Shown: piece by piece, positions 51,779-64,000 of the stretch
Numbering within the stretch: the first letter of the stretch is position 1
Layout: each line of letters opens with the position of its first letter
Assembly: GCF_964355755.1 (NCBI RefSeq)
Contig: NC_092678.1
Location: forward strand, 14,286,371-14,350,370
From: Antedon mediterranea
Taxonomy: Eukaryota; Animalia; Echinodermata
DNA length: 64,000 bases
Direction of reading: 5' to 3'
The notes under the pieces: model-generated
What the model was told of the DNA's origin: nothing
What the model saw: the letters and a program-made list of their open reading frames with translations, nothing else
Database searches by the model: none
Position numbers and translations under genes: made by a program

Positions 51779-52547
51779 CTGCTGATTTCGTCACCGTCAG
51801 CCTGTGCAGCACTGTACATTCCTTTGTTAGTCCCGTTTCTATGGGTTTTTGACGCCATTGTTTGGCTTTCACCGGACGTGAACGATATACAAATTGTTTT
51901 TTCCTAGTATTTCTTTCAGGTAAAAACTTCCACCTTAACAAAGACTTGGTTTAACTTGACTTATTCACTGTATTATACTCACTTAGAAATCAATCGAGAT
52001 TTAGAAAACGTCAAATTTCAACTATATTTCAGGAGCTGTAAAAAACTATACCTTGGTTAAGTAAAATCACAAATCACAAAAGTGAATACTGTGTTATAAT
52101 AAGGAATTCGTGAGAAAACTATTCTTAATGATTAATGTACTTAATAGTCCTACCATTATTTAAAAATAAATGTTAACTTTTTTTGTTAAACCAATTGTCA
52201 AGTACTTACTTGTTAGTTCTATCATTGTATGATTGAATGATCTGTAAAACATAACTAATATGGGTAAATGACAAAAGTCAAATATAATTTTTATTAAATG
52301 TGTAGAATCTCATTATTAGTAATAGTCGCCCATGTGTTAGTCACATTTATGCAGCTGGGCTTCCTTATTTTCCTTAAATGTTGTGTTCCACACGTTTCAT
52401 ATTATTAGTATTACATTACATTTTTGTTAAGAACAATTTTATATTTCACATTTAAGTCAACATGCAAAGAATATATTATTGTTGCATCAAAAGACATTAA
52501 TTATATCATCCTCACAGAAACAAATCAAACGAAACCAAAAAAGAAAA

Positions 52548-54761
52548 ATGCTAAATGAATACTCAGTAACCAAGATGAGGTGAGTTATAAAGTTGAAGAA
52601 CAACACTATATGCCTACGAATATTAAATACATTTTCGAACGAGACAATAAACAACTATATAATTATTTTGTTAATGTATTGATGTAATTCATGTTATATC
52701 CTATACCTTTACAGTTACAGATTACAACATGCATTCAAGGTTAATGACTTGCAACAAATTAAAGAAATATGTAAAAGAGAGCCAGATATTTTGAAAACCA
52801 AAGATGTGATAAGACAAAATAATGATAGGACTCCCATATTACTAATAACAAATTATTTTCATTCAATTAGTTAGTCAATTAGACCATTACATGTATGTAA
52901 ATTGTAAAACTGTTATCATTATGCCTATATTCAAATGTAATGATTATTGTATAATACCCTGGATTAATAACACACGCTTCATAGACGAATGCTACAAATT
53001 AAATAAACTTATTGACGATATTAATCAGTACTTATGCCTACTGTTAGTGTTTGTTTTAAATTGTGAGATCGGTGTGTACAGTTACTGTAGAGGGTTGGCC
53101 GATTAGGTAGACGGTCAGAATGACAGTTTCAAGTCAAGAGCCCATTTTGTGTATGTGAATAAAAAACTTCAAGAGCATAATTGAGTTCATCTGCATCCAA
53201 TCTGTAAGACTTTTTCTAAATAATTATACAGATAATTCATAATGGTGACTACAGTAGACTCACATTTCTTTGACAGTCGACAACAATAACTATGTATTCA
53301 CTTTTTTCGCTTATCATTATAGTTATAACAATTATTTACTTCAGGGTTGTACAATAACTGTTTGTTTGTGCTTTTGTTTTTCATAATTGTAAGATGTTAT
53401 TAAACGTAGTATAAATTTATCTGATTTTAGTCATATCATAACAGTGTTGGATTTACAACAATTGTCAATGTGCCATGAATAAAAAAACATTTTTGCATTA
53501 TAGCTTTAATCTATATTTATAAGCTACATGATTATAATATCTTTCTGGTAATGTACACAAAATCATAATTGTCTTTATGTCGTTATTATGAAAACAGTAT
53601 GCATATCTGTTCCAGCAAACATCTCATTTCATTGATAATGTGTCATTTATAATTAAAATTAACTATTTAGAATTATTCATTGCGAATTTTGGAAGCAGTT
53701 ATTGAATGAAACACGAAATGAAGACATGTGTTTTAGAAACAATATTACATTGCATAAAGTCAATTAATATTAATTCACACATTATATTACAATTATAGTA
53801 GCATTTTAATTTATCTATCTAGATTGTTTAAGTTGGTTTATATAATATAATAATCAACTCTTGAAATAATTTTATTTAGGTCCTATTTTAAAAAGGCGTA
53901 GACAAGTAGACTGTTGCGTTGACGTTGGTCTGTATGGTATGCCATGTAACAGGCTATGTCTGGTAAATAATGTACAAATGAATTTAGCTGTTTTTATTGT
54001 TTTGTACACTCAGAAGATTTTGTCGTAACAATGTACAATTTACAACCATTATCAATGTGGCATGACCAAAATATACGATTGCATTACAGCTGGAATTGAT
54101 ATTTATAAACTACATGATTATGATTTCTTTCTAGCTTGAATACACTCCACTACATGACTATTTACTATGTGACAACTCTACAACAGAAATAGTGGATTAT
54201 CTCATACAACACGGCGCACCAGTAACGTCACAAAATGAGGTAACATACAATTTTAGGAGGTCTATTATGCAAGTATTAATAAACATTATCGGTTCCAGCA
54301 AACATCTCTATTCCATTTATGACGTCTCTTTTATAATTATATGAATTACTTAGAAGTATGTATTACAAATTCAAAAACAATTGTAAAATAAAAAATGTAT
54401 TAATTAAAAACTATATTATGCAGAAATGCCATGATCGATATGTCTTTGTAAAAACAATTATAACTAAGTGCGTCTCGCCAATTATGACGTCATATAATCG
54501 ATTGTCATTCACACATTTGTATTACAATTATAGTAGTTCTTCAATTTATATTTTTTTTAAAGCTGGTTAGAATATAGTTACTATTCTTGAACTAATTTCA
54601 TTCAGTCTTAATTTAACATAACAAAATAATATGAATACATTACATGAATATGACTTCTTTCTAGTATGGAGACACTACACTACATAGGTATTTGCGATAT
54701 TCTAACAGCAATAGTGACTTGTCTCACATAGTATGGCGCATCAGTAACATCACAACATGTA
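52548..54761 (+). pseudogene. 5' part of an ankyrin-repeat gene, decaying. Exons 52548-52579, 52721-~52808, 54135-54239, 54665-54761
   Basis: Exon 54135-54239 is one ankyrin repeat (LEYTPLHDYLLCDNSTTEIVDYLIQHGAPVTSQNE). Exon 54665-54761 is a paralog with an 8-nt deletion and a stop. The exon 2 donor looks mutated. Confidence 0.72.
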
Positions 54762-56450
54762 GTAATGTACATACAATCATAGTGGTATTCATGTCATTTT
54801 TATGAAAACAGTATCTGTTCCAGAAAACATCTCTATTTCATTTATAATATGTAATTTATAATTAATATTAATAATTTTGATTTATTTATTGCGAATTTTA
54901 GAAGCAGTTATTGAATGAAACAAGAAATGAAGACATGCCATAACCGACATGTATTTTTAGAAACAAAATTACATTGCATCTATATATAAATTATGGTTAA
55001 TTCTGACATAGGCGAGCACAATGCAAAAACTTCTCTACAAATCTCCGCCTTGGATACCTACCTTATCTATCCGAGATGTACCGCGAAACGTAGATTTGAT
55101 AACATTAGTGTGCACGCCGACGCTATTGTTCCATATTTATATCTTAGGAAGATGTTATAAAGAGTTTTTTAACAACATTTATGATTTCAACATTGGATTT
55201 TCCTCTCAATTTCAATTCTTCCCGGTCAAAGTAATTTCCGGGTTTAAGATAAGTTCACCTTAGTTTCAAATATTTTCTCTCTTTTATACACAAGGGAGCA
55301 GTTAAAATAATAGAATAATAGATTTGACCCTAAAGGTGACTGGAAACAGGCACTTTCCATCAATCAATACAGTGTCCCTTTGGAAGACGAAAAAAAATTG
55401 GCCATTAATCATAGCCATTTCAGTTTTTTGTTTATTTTAAAACATACCACACGTGTGTGAAGGTACAGTAGTTAAATAATAGGAATTATACTGCAAATTA
55501 ATAAAGATCAAATTAAATATACGCCATAAAGAATCAGAATATATTGTGGGAAATAGTATTATACAATTACATAGGGAGATTTGATGATAAGACATTTTTC
55601 GAGTGAAATCCCGATAGCTGAGTTTTATTGAGTAAGCTTGCAGGAATAACTGTAGGCTATCTTCCTGTGTCCCGTTAGGACCGAGATGTCTGCCCATGTT
55701 GCAAGCCGTAATGTCTTCTTTCTTGGGCCCACTCTGTCACGGCAGTTAGTTTCAAAAGATGATTAAATTAAATAATGTATTAATAATTATTAGGATGGTA
55801 TTCATTTGAATAAACGCCTCTCCAATAAAACATCACTTTGAATAATAACCCCCCCCCCCCACAACCCAACTATCTAATAAACGTCCATCCACATATTTAT
55901 AATAACACAATTATACTATTTGTAGTAGAATTCACCGCACTGTTATCTGCAATTTACCAAGCATTTGTTATTCTTTTTTACCACTTTTCATATCTATAAG
56001 AGGATTTCATTTGATTATAAATGTTACCATATTATTAGAACTAAAACATTTAACATATATCCCTCGAATAAGCACCTCCCTCAAATGACCTCCGCCCCCC
56101 CCAAAGGGCCCTACCAAACAATAAAAACTATACTTTAAAATGTTATTAATCATCTAAAACACTGTGAAACAAAGTAGTTCAGTTTTACGAATGTCAAGCA
56201 TTTTCAATAATGGTAACCGACAGAAAATGTATAAGGAGAACATTATCATTCCGAGAACCATCGTCTACACTTCCTAGAGGGGGAGCGAGCGAAGCGAGCT
56301 CACCCTCTAGTAAAGTCAATTACTATTAATTCACACATTGTATTACAATTATAGTAGCACTTTAATTTATCTGTCTAGTTTGTTTAAGTTGGTTTATATA
56401 ATAATAACCAAATCTTGGAATAATTTTATTTGGATCCTATTTTATAGAGG
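53460..56450 (+). repeat. Tandem ~530-600-bp exon+intron units of the ankyrin array
   Basis: TTCCAG(C/A)AAACATCTC at ~53610, ~54292 and ~54818; TACATGA(T/A)TAT precedes each exon position. Confidence 0.8.
54979..56310 (+). mobile_element. Non-autonomous Helitron
   Basis: A|TCTATATATAAA...hairpin-CTAG|T. The empty site ACATTGCA|TAAAGTCAAT in the paralogous unit at ~53748-53765 shows no TSD. Confidence 0.92.
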
Positions 56451-58749
56451 CCTAAATTTTCTTTTTTTATTCAATCAAATACGATAGATAAGTACGAAAT
56501 TATGTGGAATGTTTTGGTCTTCCGAAAAATTGCATTCATTTTGTTTGACCTAGGTCAAAGGTCAAATGTCAAAAAATGCAATTCAGTGACCACAAAAAGT
56601 AATCCGTATATATTCAGGCCTCATGTCCTGGGACAGTAAATTACCCCCGTATGGGATACAGGCCACGTATTCAAAGGGTTGTGTCTATTTTGTTTTAATT
56701 CTAAAAGCAGCAATTTTAAATACAAATCAAATACAAATGATATTAGTACTCACTGTAAAATGAATGTTTGAAAATCCATGCAGTCAAAAAATTATCTTTC
56801 TTTTTGTTTTTTTTTTGTGTAAAAATATTAAAATAATAGACGTTTGTTGTGTTATTTATTAATATCATGTCAGTTATTTTCCGTCCTCATATTTGGTATA
56901 AGAAAAGAATACTGCTTTTCATGGTCGTCTGGTAACTTATCGTGTTTTATAAATGTTCCCAAAGTATGATTATCATTTCCATTTGGATAACAGTGATAAT
57001 AGTTGAATTTGGTTGAATATTCTTGCAGTCTCCCGTTGTTCAGTTGAATGTCTTGATATGTGGTGGTAATAATAATTGGTGGTTTGTTTTTAAGATGGAT
57101 AGCAATATTTATTTTCTGGTAGTGTAGGCCAAATTAGAAAGAAGTAAATATAATAGCATCTTTTTCCTCATTGTTTGTAAATCCTTATATACAATAGCCT
57201 ACAATCCTTGCAAACAAATTACATAAAACAAACAATTAAAAATCAACCAAAAAATAAAAAAACACAGTGTAAGCATAATGTACTTCACAATATTTCATAT
57301 CATACACCTTTCGGGAGCTAATGAAATTATTATCAGCCAGTCAAATATTATATCGGCCTAAAAGTGGGCCGATTTCCGTCACACCTCGGCCAAATCATCC
57401 CGCATTCAGCTATTTCCTAGACCTTGTATTTATTGAGAAACATAATCTAGCCTAGTGTAACACTGCATTAGGTATTTGAAAAAATGGTAAAGGGGTGTTG
57501 AATTAAGTTTGGCGGGAGTGATGTACATGAGGTAGAAACATGAGCAAGAATACAGTTTTGAAGGCGTACCGCCCGTTTTATTTGAAATAGGGCACGGAGT
57601 GCTGCCGGTATATTATAACTACAGCTGCGCTGATCACATCACGTGTGCTCTCTCGATAATGATATTGCTACTGACCCTAGTGATCTAATTGTGATGAAGG
57701 AAAATTGCCAAGAATTTTCGAAAGCTATTATAGGTTGAGCCCACAGACCAATAATACACCAGCAAACCCTTTTATTTTAATTTGTTTTTTTTTTGTTTTA
57801 TTATAATTAGTTAACTACAATTATTTGCTGCAATAACATGTATGTATAAACATCATGATTATGAATTAACTATAGGACGGAAATTCCCATGTCAGATACA
57901 TACCTCTATGGCCTAATTTATTAAATATACGTCCTGCTTTGAATAAATTCTCCATCCATTACGCGGACCAGGCTACGTTAGCGTTACGGTTAGGCAATTT
58001 GGTTTTGACAAGCAATTACTGTCAGTGCTTTGTAAGTTATTGTGATTTTATTGCCCTGGAGTGTCATTTGAGCCACAAGTTCTAACTACAAGTCCTGCCC
58101 ACTGGAGGTTGGTCTAACCTGAGATGATTCGCATGGAAGAGCTTGAGTCATTCTCTTAAGTTTGGCCTCGATGACCTTTGCGAAGGCTACCTAGAATTCT
58201 CATGGGCCATTAAATATTCAGTTTCAACTTTTAGATTTTATGTGGTTTGAGACTTTGTTGAGCATTTTTAAAAATGTGTATAGGCCTACTACAGTACATA
58301 ATATTAATATTTAATCAAAGATAATAACAATAATGCAATATACATTGAGATATAAATGATGTAAAATAAACCATAAAGATTAATACAATAAACTACAAAT
58401 AGCCAATTTTTAAGTTTTAATGGAAAAAAATGATTGACCTATGAAAGAACCCTAAAATAAACATATAAACAAAAATAAACGCCAAGTGATGATAACCAAT
58501 TTAAATTAATACACATTCAAAAGTTTTATCATCATGTAAATAATTATCTTAAATTAAAAATGAAAGATATATTTAGGTTAACAAATTGAATATAATATGT
58601 TTCCTTTTTTCTTATCACTCTTGAAAAGTAATGTTATCTGTTATCTGCCAGAGTCACATGTTCTGACCCTTTCCTTCATTTGTTTAGCTCTGTTGATGAA
58701 TACTCTGATACTTTTTTTCGTAAAATGCTACAAATAAGTGTGTATGTTT

Positions 58750-60730
58750 TTTACCCTGCCACTGTTTTAGTACAACACAATTTTGTGTACCCTGCCACTG
58801 TTTTGTATCCCTGCCACCGTTTTTGTATCCCTGCAATCTTATTTTTTCCCAGAAACTTTGTATACAACACAAGTTTTTGTATCCTAGACCACTGTTTTGT
58901 ACCCTGACACCGTTTTTGTTCCCTGCTACTGTTTTTGTACCCTGCCACCGTTTTTGTACCCTGCTACTGTTTTTGTACCATGCCCCAGTTTTTGTACCCA
59001 GCTGCCATCGTGTTTGTACCCTGCCACTGTTTTTGTACCCTGCCACTGTTTTTATACCCTGCCACCGTTTTTGTACCCTGCGACTGTTTTTGTACCCTGC
59101 CACCGTTTTTGTATCCTGCCACCGTTTTTGTATCCCTGCCACCGTTTTTGTACCACTGTCATCGTCTTTTTTTTTCAGACACTTTGTATACAACACAAGT
59201 TTTTGTAACATAGACCACTGCTTGTCATACCCTGTCTCTGTTTTTGTACCCTGATACCGTTTTTGTACCATGTCACCGTTTTTGTACCCTGCCACTATTT
59301 TTGTACCTTGCCACTGTTTTTGTACCCATCTGCCATCGTTTTTGTACCCTGCCACCGTTTTTGTACCCAGCTGCCATCGATTTTGTACTGCCACCGTTTT
59401 TGTACCCTGCCACTTTTTTTGTACCCTGCCACCGTTTTTGTACCCTGCCACTGTTTTTGTACCAAGCTGCTATCGTTTTTATACCCTGCCACCGTTTTTG
59501 TACCCTCCACTGTTTTTGTACCCTGCTCATTTTTTGTACCCAACTGCCATCAATGTTGTACCCTGCCACTGTTTTTGTACCCTGCCACTTTTTTTGTACC
59601 CTGCCACTGTTTTTGTACCGAGCTGCTATCGTTTTTATACCCTGCCATCGTTTTTGTACCCTGCCACCGTTTTTATACCCTGCCACCGTTTTTGTACCCT
59701 CCACTGTTTTTGTACCCTGCTCATTTTTTGTACCCAACTGCCATCAATGTTGTACCCTGCCACTGTTTTTGTACCCTGCCACTTTTTTTGTACCCAGCTG
59801 CCATCGTTTTTGTACTCTGCCACTGTTTGTACCCTTCCACCAGGGCCTTCCAGCCTTTTAAACACTGCCTGACATACAAAGATATTTTAAGTCATTTTCT
59901 GAAAGATATACTTTCCCATTAAATTAAATAAATGGAATATCACAACCACTAAGTATTTATTCCTGTATAAGGTCAGCAATCAGATTTCCCGCGAACTATT
60001 GTATAAAATTAGTGACGCTGTTTTTGTACACTGCCACCGTTTTTGTACCCTGCCACCGTTTTTGTACCCAGCTGCCATCGTTTTTGTACTCTGCCATCGT
60101 TTTTGTACCCTGCCACCGTTTTTGTACCCTGCCACCGTTTTTGTACCCTCCACTGTTTTTGTACCCTGCTCATTTTTTTGTACCCAACTGCCATCGATGT
60201 TGTACCCTGCCACTGTTTTTGTACCCTGCCACTGTTTTTGTACCCTGCCACTTTTTTTGTACCCAGCTGCCATCGTTTTTGTACCCTGCCACCGTTTTTG
60301 TACCATGCCACCGTTTTTGTACCCTGCCACCGTTTTTGTACCCTTCCACTATTTTTGTACCCTGCCACTGTTTTTGTACCCATCTGCCATCGTTTTTGTA
60401 CCCTGCCACCGTTTTTGTACGCTGCCACTGTTTTTGTACCCTGTTACTGTTTTTGTACCCAGCTGCCATCTATTTTGTACCCTGTCACCGTTTTTGTACC
60501 CTGCCACTGTTTTTGTACCCTGCCACTGTTTTTGTACCCTGCTACTGTTTTTGTACCCTGCTACTGTTGTTGTACCCTGCTACTGTTTTTGTACCCTGCT
60601 ACGGTTTTTGTACCCAGCTGCCATCGATTTTGTACCCTGCCACCGTTTTTGTACCCTGTCGCTGTTTGTGTACCCTGCCACTGTTTTTATACCCTGCCAC
60701 CGTTTTTGTACCCAGTCAATGTTTTTGTAC
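58750..60730. repeat. 19-bp minisatellite (GTTTTTGTACCCTGCCAC[C/T]) in two blocks
   Basis: Direct reading; blocks ~58750-59840 and ~60017-60730. Confidence 0.97.
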
Positions 60731-61042
60731 AAAACAATTTTTTTTTACAAGTGTTGTACCCAGAAACGTTTTATAACAATTTTATACAATGCAAAATAGA
60801 ACAAAATACGTGATAATTGCAAATAAATATAATTTCATTTTCAATTTAATTTTATTTCCTCAATATAATAACATACATACAGGATAATAAATGCAATGAA
60901 GTAATCATGTGGGGAGAGAGTCATAATAAGTCAGTCAGTAAGTTTGACCCACCACGAAATATAACATTAAATACGAATACGAAAAAAATATATATATATA
61001 TACATAAACTAATAATAAATAAAAGAAAACAAAGCTACAATT

Positions 61043-61745
61043 TATGCATATTCTCTGTTATACTCATTACTTACTAAATGTTTACTGTTAACATAATATT
61101 GTTCTCATCCTTTAACATTAATATTAATATTTTTGTTCTTTAATGTTTACAAAACTTTTATTTCCAGCAGATTATCCTTTTTTTGCACTATAACTTCTTA
61201 AATTTTCATTTAACTGTTTTACTTTCTTCTCTTATGTGGATTCATTCCACTTTTTTTTAACTTATTTTCTTTAAAAAATCTATTTCCATATATCATTTTG
61301 TTTATACATACATTATCATTTAACCACATTGATTACATAGTTTCCTCTTTTTATACATATTATCTATTACACATTTTCATTAACAAAGCTTATTTTTTCT
61401 TACATAGTTGTTTTTTTTCATCTACATGCATATTTATTTCATACAATTATAATACGTTTATGTTTACTAAATCCATCCCATGGGTTTGTCCCATTTTATT
61501 TTTCTTTGGATTTATCTATGCAAACATATTTTCATTTAAACAATGCATATTCTCTGTTATACTAATTACTTACTAACTTTTTACTTTTAACATTATATTT
61601 TCCTCATCCTTTAACATTGATTTGTTTGATCTTTAAATGTTTACAAAATTTATTTCCAATAGATTATCCTTTTTTGCATCTACAGTATAACCCATCAAAG
61701 TTTCATTTAACTTTTTTTTTCTTATGTGGGTTCATTCAATTTTTA
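61043..61745. repeat. Direct duplication of ~200 bp at ~500-bp spacing
   Basis: ATGCATATTCTCTGTTATACT at ~61044 and ~61543, with continuing similarity. Confidence 0.75.
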
Positions 61746-63339
61746 ATTATTCATGATCTAACGTTATTACATAAGAAATTACTTCTGGTGCAGTCCATGG
61801 AAAGCATTTCTTCCACCTAATCTTCTCCTCCGATGACAACTTTAAAGGAGTAGGCCTACTCCGTCCGGTCCGAAACGCCTTGCCATAATCTATTGTTACA
61901 GGTATAAATTAATTTTACCATCAATCATGAAGCACGTACCACGTTATTACCTGTAAGAGAAAAGACAATTGGGAAAATGAGAAAATAATTGTAAAATAAT
62001 CACTGAATTGTGTATGGTATAATTGAATTTAATGTATGATAATGAAAAATTAGTGGCTTAATTTAAAAAAAATTACGCATAGGCCTATATTACAGATTCT
62101 TATTATTGATATCATTATGGACATAATCCTGAGTTGTGGAAATTAGGATATTTTATACGAATATATATTAGGCCTACTGATATACTGTAAATAAGACCTC
62201 TTTAGTCCTACTTCACACGTTTACGTAGATCTATCTGATAAGAATTTGTTAATTATTTTATTTTTATCGGCACGTTGATTTCTACCTACCATGTAAACGC
62301 ATGCAGCAAGTCAGATTTTCCTCCACAATGAATCTTCCGAGAAAGATCTTTTATTTATTTTCGATGCGCTTCCATTCAATTTTAAAATCGCTTTGATTCC
62401 TGCCGCCTCAATCCATCAAGAGGAATGGCGGGGGATATTTGAACTCTGTGGTATATCTGGCTTAGGCCTAACCCTTTTGCGATTAATTCTTTCTAATAGT
62501 TCTGTTGTAGGCTACATTTTCTTCCACGGGCTCGTCGTTTATATTATCAAGTAGACGGTCATTGATGACCGAGTCTACGCATTTATCTCGTATAAAATCG
62601 CGTAGAGTTATCAAATTTAAATTGTGTTTATTTGTATCAATTATGTATGTTTGTTGCTGCTGTACATTGTCTACAAGATGTCCACCAGCCAAAAACAGGT
62701 AAATAAAACATGAAACACTAATATGCTTTCGTGATACATTTATAGCACTGTTCGGAAGTACTCATGATTGACTATCAATCCATTTTGTTCCCAAAAATGT
62801 GAAAGATATATACTTTCCCATTAAATTTAATAAATTGAATATCACACGGCCATCCCAATTCCCTAACAAAACTATTGTTCATGTTTAAAAGTATTTATTT
62901 AATGTGTCTGTAGTTCTAGTTAAATTGCTTTGCATAAAGCAGCATTGAGAAATATTTAGATTATTATTATAAACAACCACTAAAGTATTTATTCCTGTAC
63001 AAGGTCAGAAATCAAATTTCCCGCAAACTATTTTATAAAATCAGTGACCTATCTAATAGTAAATTGATTGGTTAATACCCAGTCAGTGAGGACCTGATTG
63101 ACAAGCAGTGCCTGTTTGCTATTGGTCATTGGTAAGAGGAAGTTGAAAATGGACAGCAAGTTATTCTTAACACTTGCAGTCTTAAATAAACACGCTGGCA
63201 TTTTTATTACACCACAGAGTATTATTCCTGTCAACTTATACCACAATTGACATGTTGAGGGGATAGGTCATCCACTGATTCAGTGGATGCCAAACGTAAC
63301 GCTAAAGTAGCCTGGTCCGTGTAATGCAGATAGACAAAT

Positions 63340-63600
63340 AGAGTGAGTTGCTGAGTGGTTAAGACAGTGGAACCGTAGCCATAACGTAAGGGTTCGAGGC
63401 TCACTCGCTCCATAGTTCTGGTGGTAGAGAATTGAGTCTTCTGGGATAAGGACGATAAACCGTAGGTCCAGTGTACACATCTAGCTCATGTGCATTTTAA
63501 AGGAAGTAGTGCATATTATTTTTATAAGAGTAGGTGGTTACCCCGTTGTACTACATTCCTAAGCAGCCACAAACTAACTAACGAGGACCCTTCCTTCAAT
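63340..63600 (+). mobile_element. tRNA-derived SINE with Deu/Nin-type core
   Basis: A box (TTGCTGAGTGG), B box (GGTTCGAGGC), then GATAAGGACGATAAACCGTAGGTCC...TAAGAGTAGG...CCCCG resembling the Deu/Nin domain. Confidence 0.72.
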
Positions 63601-64000
63601 AGAACTGGATAGGCCACCCTCATTAATTATGGTGATAAATAAAAATAAATAAAATCCGAACAAAAGAGATGGTAAATGTTATATTTACCATCTAAGATAC
63701 CAACAGAAAAGTTTAGGTTTAGTTCTACGAATTGATCATATATTTTATCAATAGATATCCATGCATGCATAAAAGTAGTTGAAGATGTATTGTCCCCCTG
63801 ACAAATAATTGTTTTACATTCATTCATTTGTTGAATATGTAATTTTAATGTCATGTAATAGTTATTAACTTTGACCAGAATTTGGATCAAAACAAAAAAT
63901 ATTTACCTAAGAAAACTGTAATGTAAAGCAGAACATTGTAAACTTGTCTGCCAGACAATGAATAAAAGTGAAATCATTATTTTCTTTGGTTTTTTTTCTT

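Larger units (their letters stand above)
45123..51858 (-). pseudogene. Tx1 ORF1 (gag-like, zinc knuckles, charged C-terminus), split by the Gypsy insertion
   Basis: Removing 46373-51778 plus one TSD restores MASKTHRNGTNKGMYSAAQADGDEISRMNGQTVNKERSVVKPIF in frame. Knuckles CNKCTKTGH and CFKCHLPGH. Confidence 0.85.
41555..52060 (-). mobile_element. Near full-length L1/Tx1-clade LINE (5' UTR, ORF1, ORF2), 3'-truncated, interrupted by a Gypsy element
   Basis: ORF1 and ORF2 remnants in order; flanked by a 48-bp direct repeat (41507-41554, 52074-52121). Confidence 0.9.
24490..52121 (+). repeat. Head-to-tail triplication of a ~3-kb non-coding unit (A ~24490-28400, B ~28400-36400, C ~36400-52121), each copy expanded by different insertions
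   Basis: Shared markers in the same order: CGAGAATCAAACATT (~24502, ~28840, ~36820); TCTATGGTGA (~26334, ~29803, ~41191); GTAATATAGG (~26774, 32577, ~41473). Confidence 0.88.

Noticed and set aside
58680-60813. Many long overlapping Cys/Pro/Phe-rich or Lys/Gln-rich ORFs on both strands
   Set aside because: Artefacts of a stop-free 19-bp minisatellite; the same peptide cycles through all frames.

Overview
AT-rich, intron-containing animal DNA, not prokaryotic; the element families present suggest an invertebrate deuterostome such as an echinoderm (inference). About two thirds of the window is transposable-element derived. Left: the right end of a decayed Polinton/Maverick (protein-primed PolB, 100-bp subterminal repeats, ...CTACT terminus) with an L1/Tx1 LINE inserted in the polymerase. 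It appears to lie in an intron of a + strand ROCO-type gene, whose last 10 exons (Roc end/COR, low-complexity linker, tandem death-effector-like domains) splice in frame. Next come - strand exons including an FGF-core-like exon with a stop codon. A ~3-kb non-coding unit is then tandemly triplicated, each copy carrying different insertions: Helitron, Helentron-type elements, Chapaev-like transposon, solo LTR with a nested MULE MITE, and a Tx1 LINE containing a full Gmr1-type Gypsy. The window ends with a decaying ankyrin-exon array, a 19-bp minisatellite and a Deu/Nin-type SINE. The most striking observation is the Chapaev-like element at 32587-36326. Its ends are bipartite and asymmetric like V(D)J recombination signals (CACAGCT heptamer, 24- vs 34-bp spacer, identical 10-mer), and two empty paralogous sites in the window confirm its boundaries. 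All family assignments come from motif recognition by eye; no database search was run.
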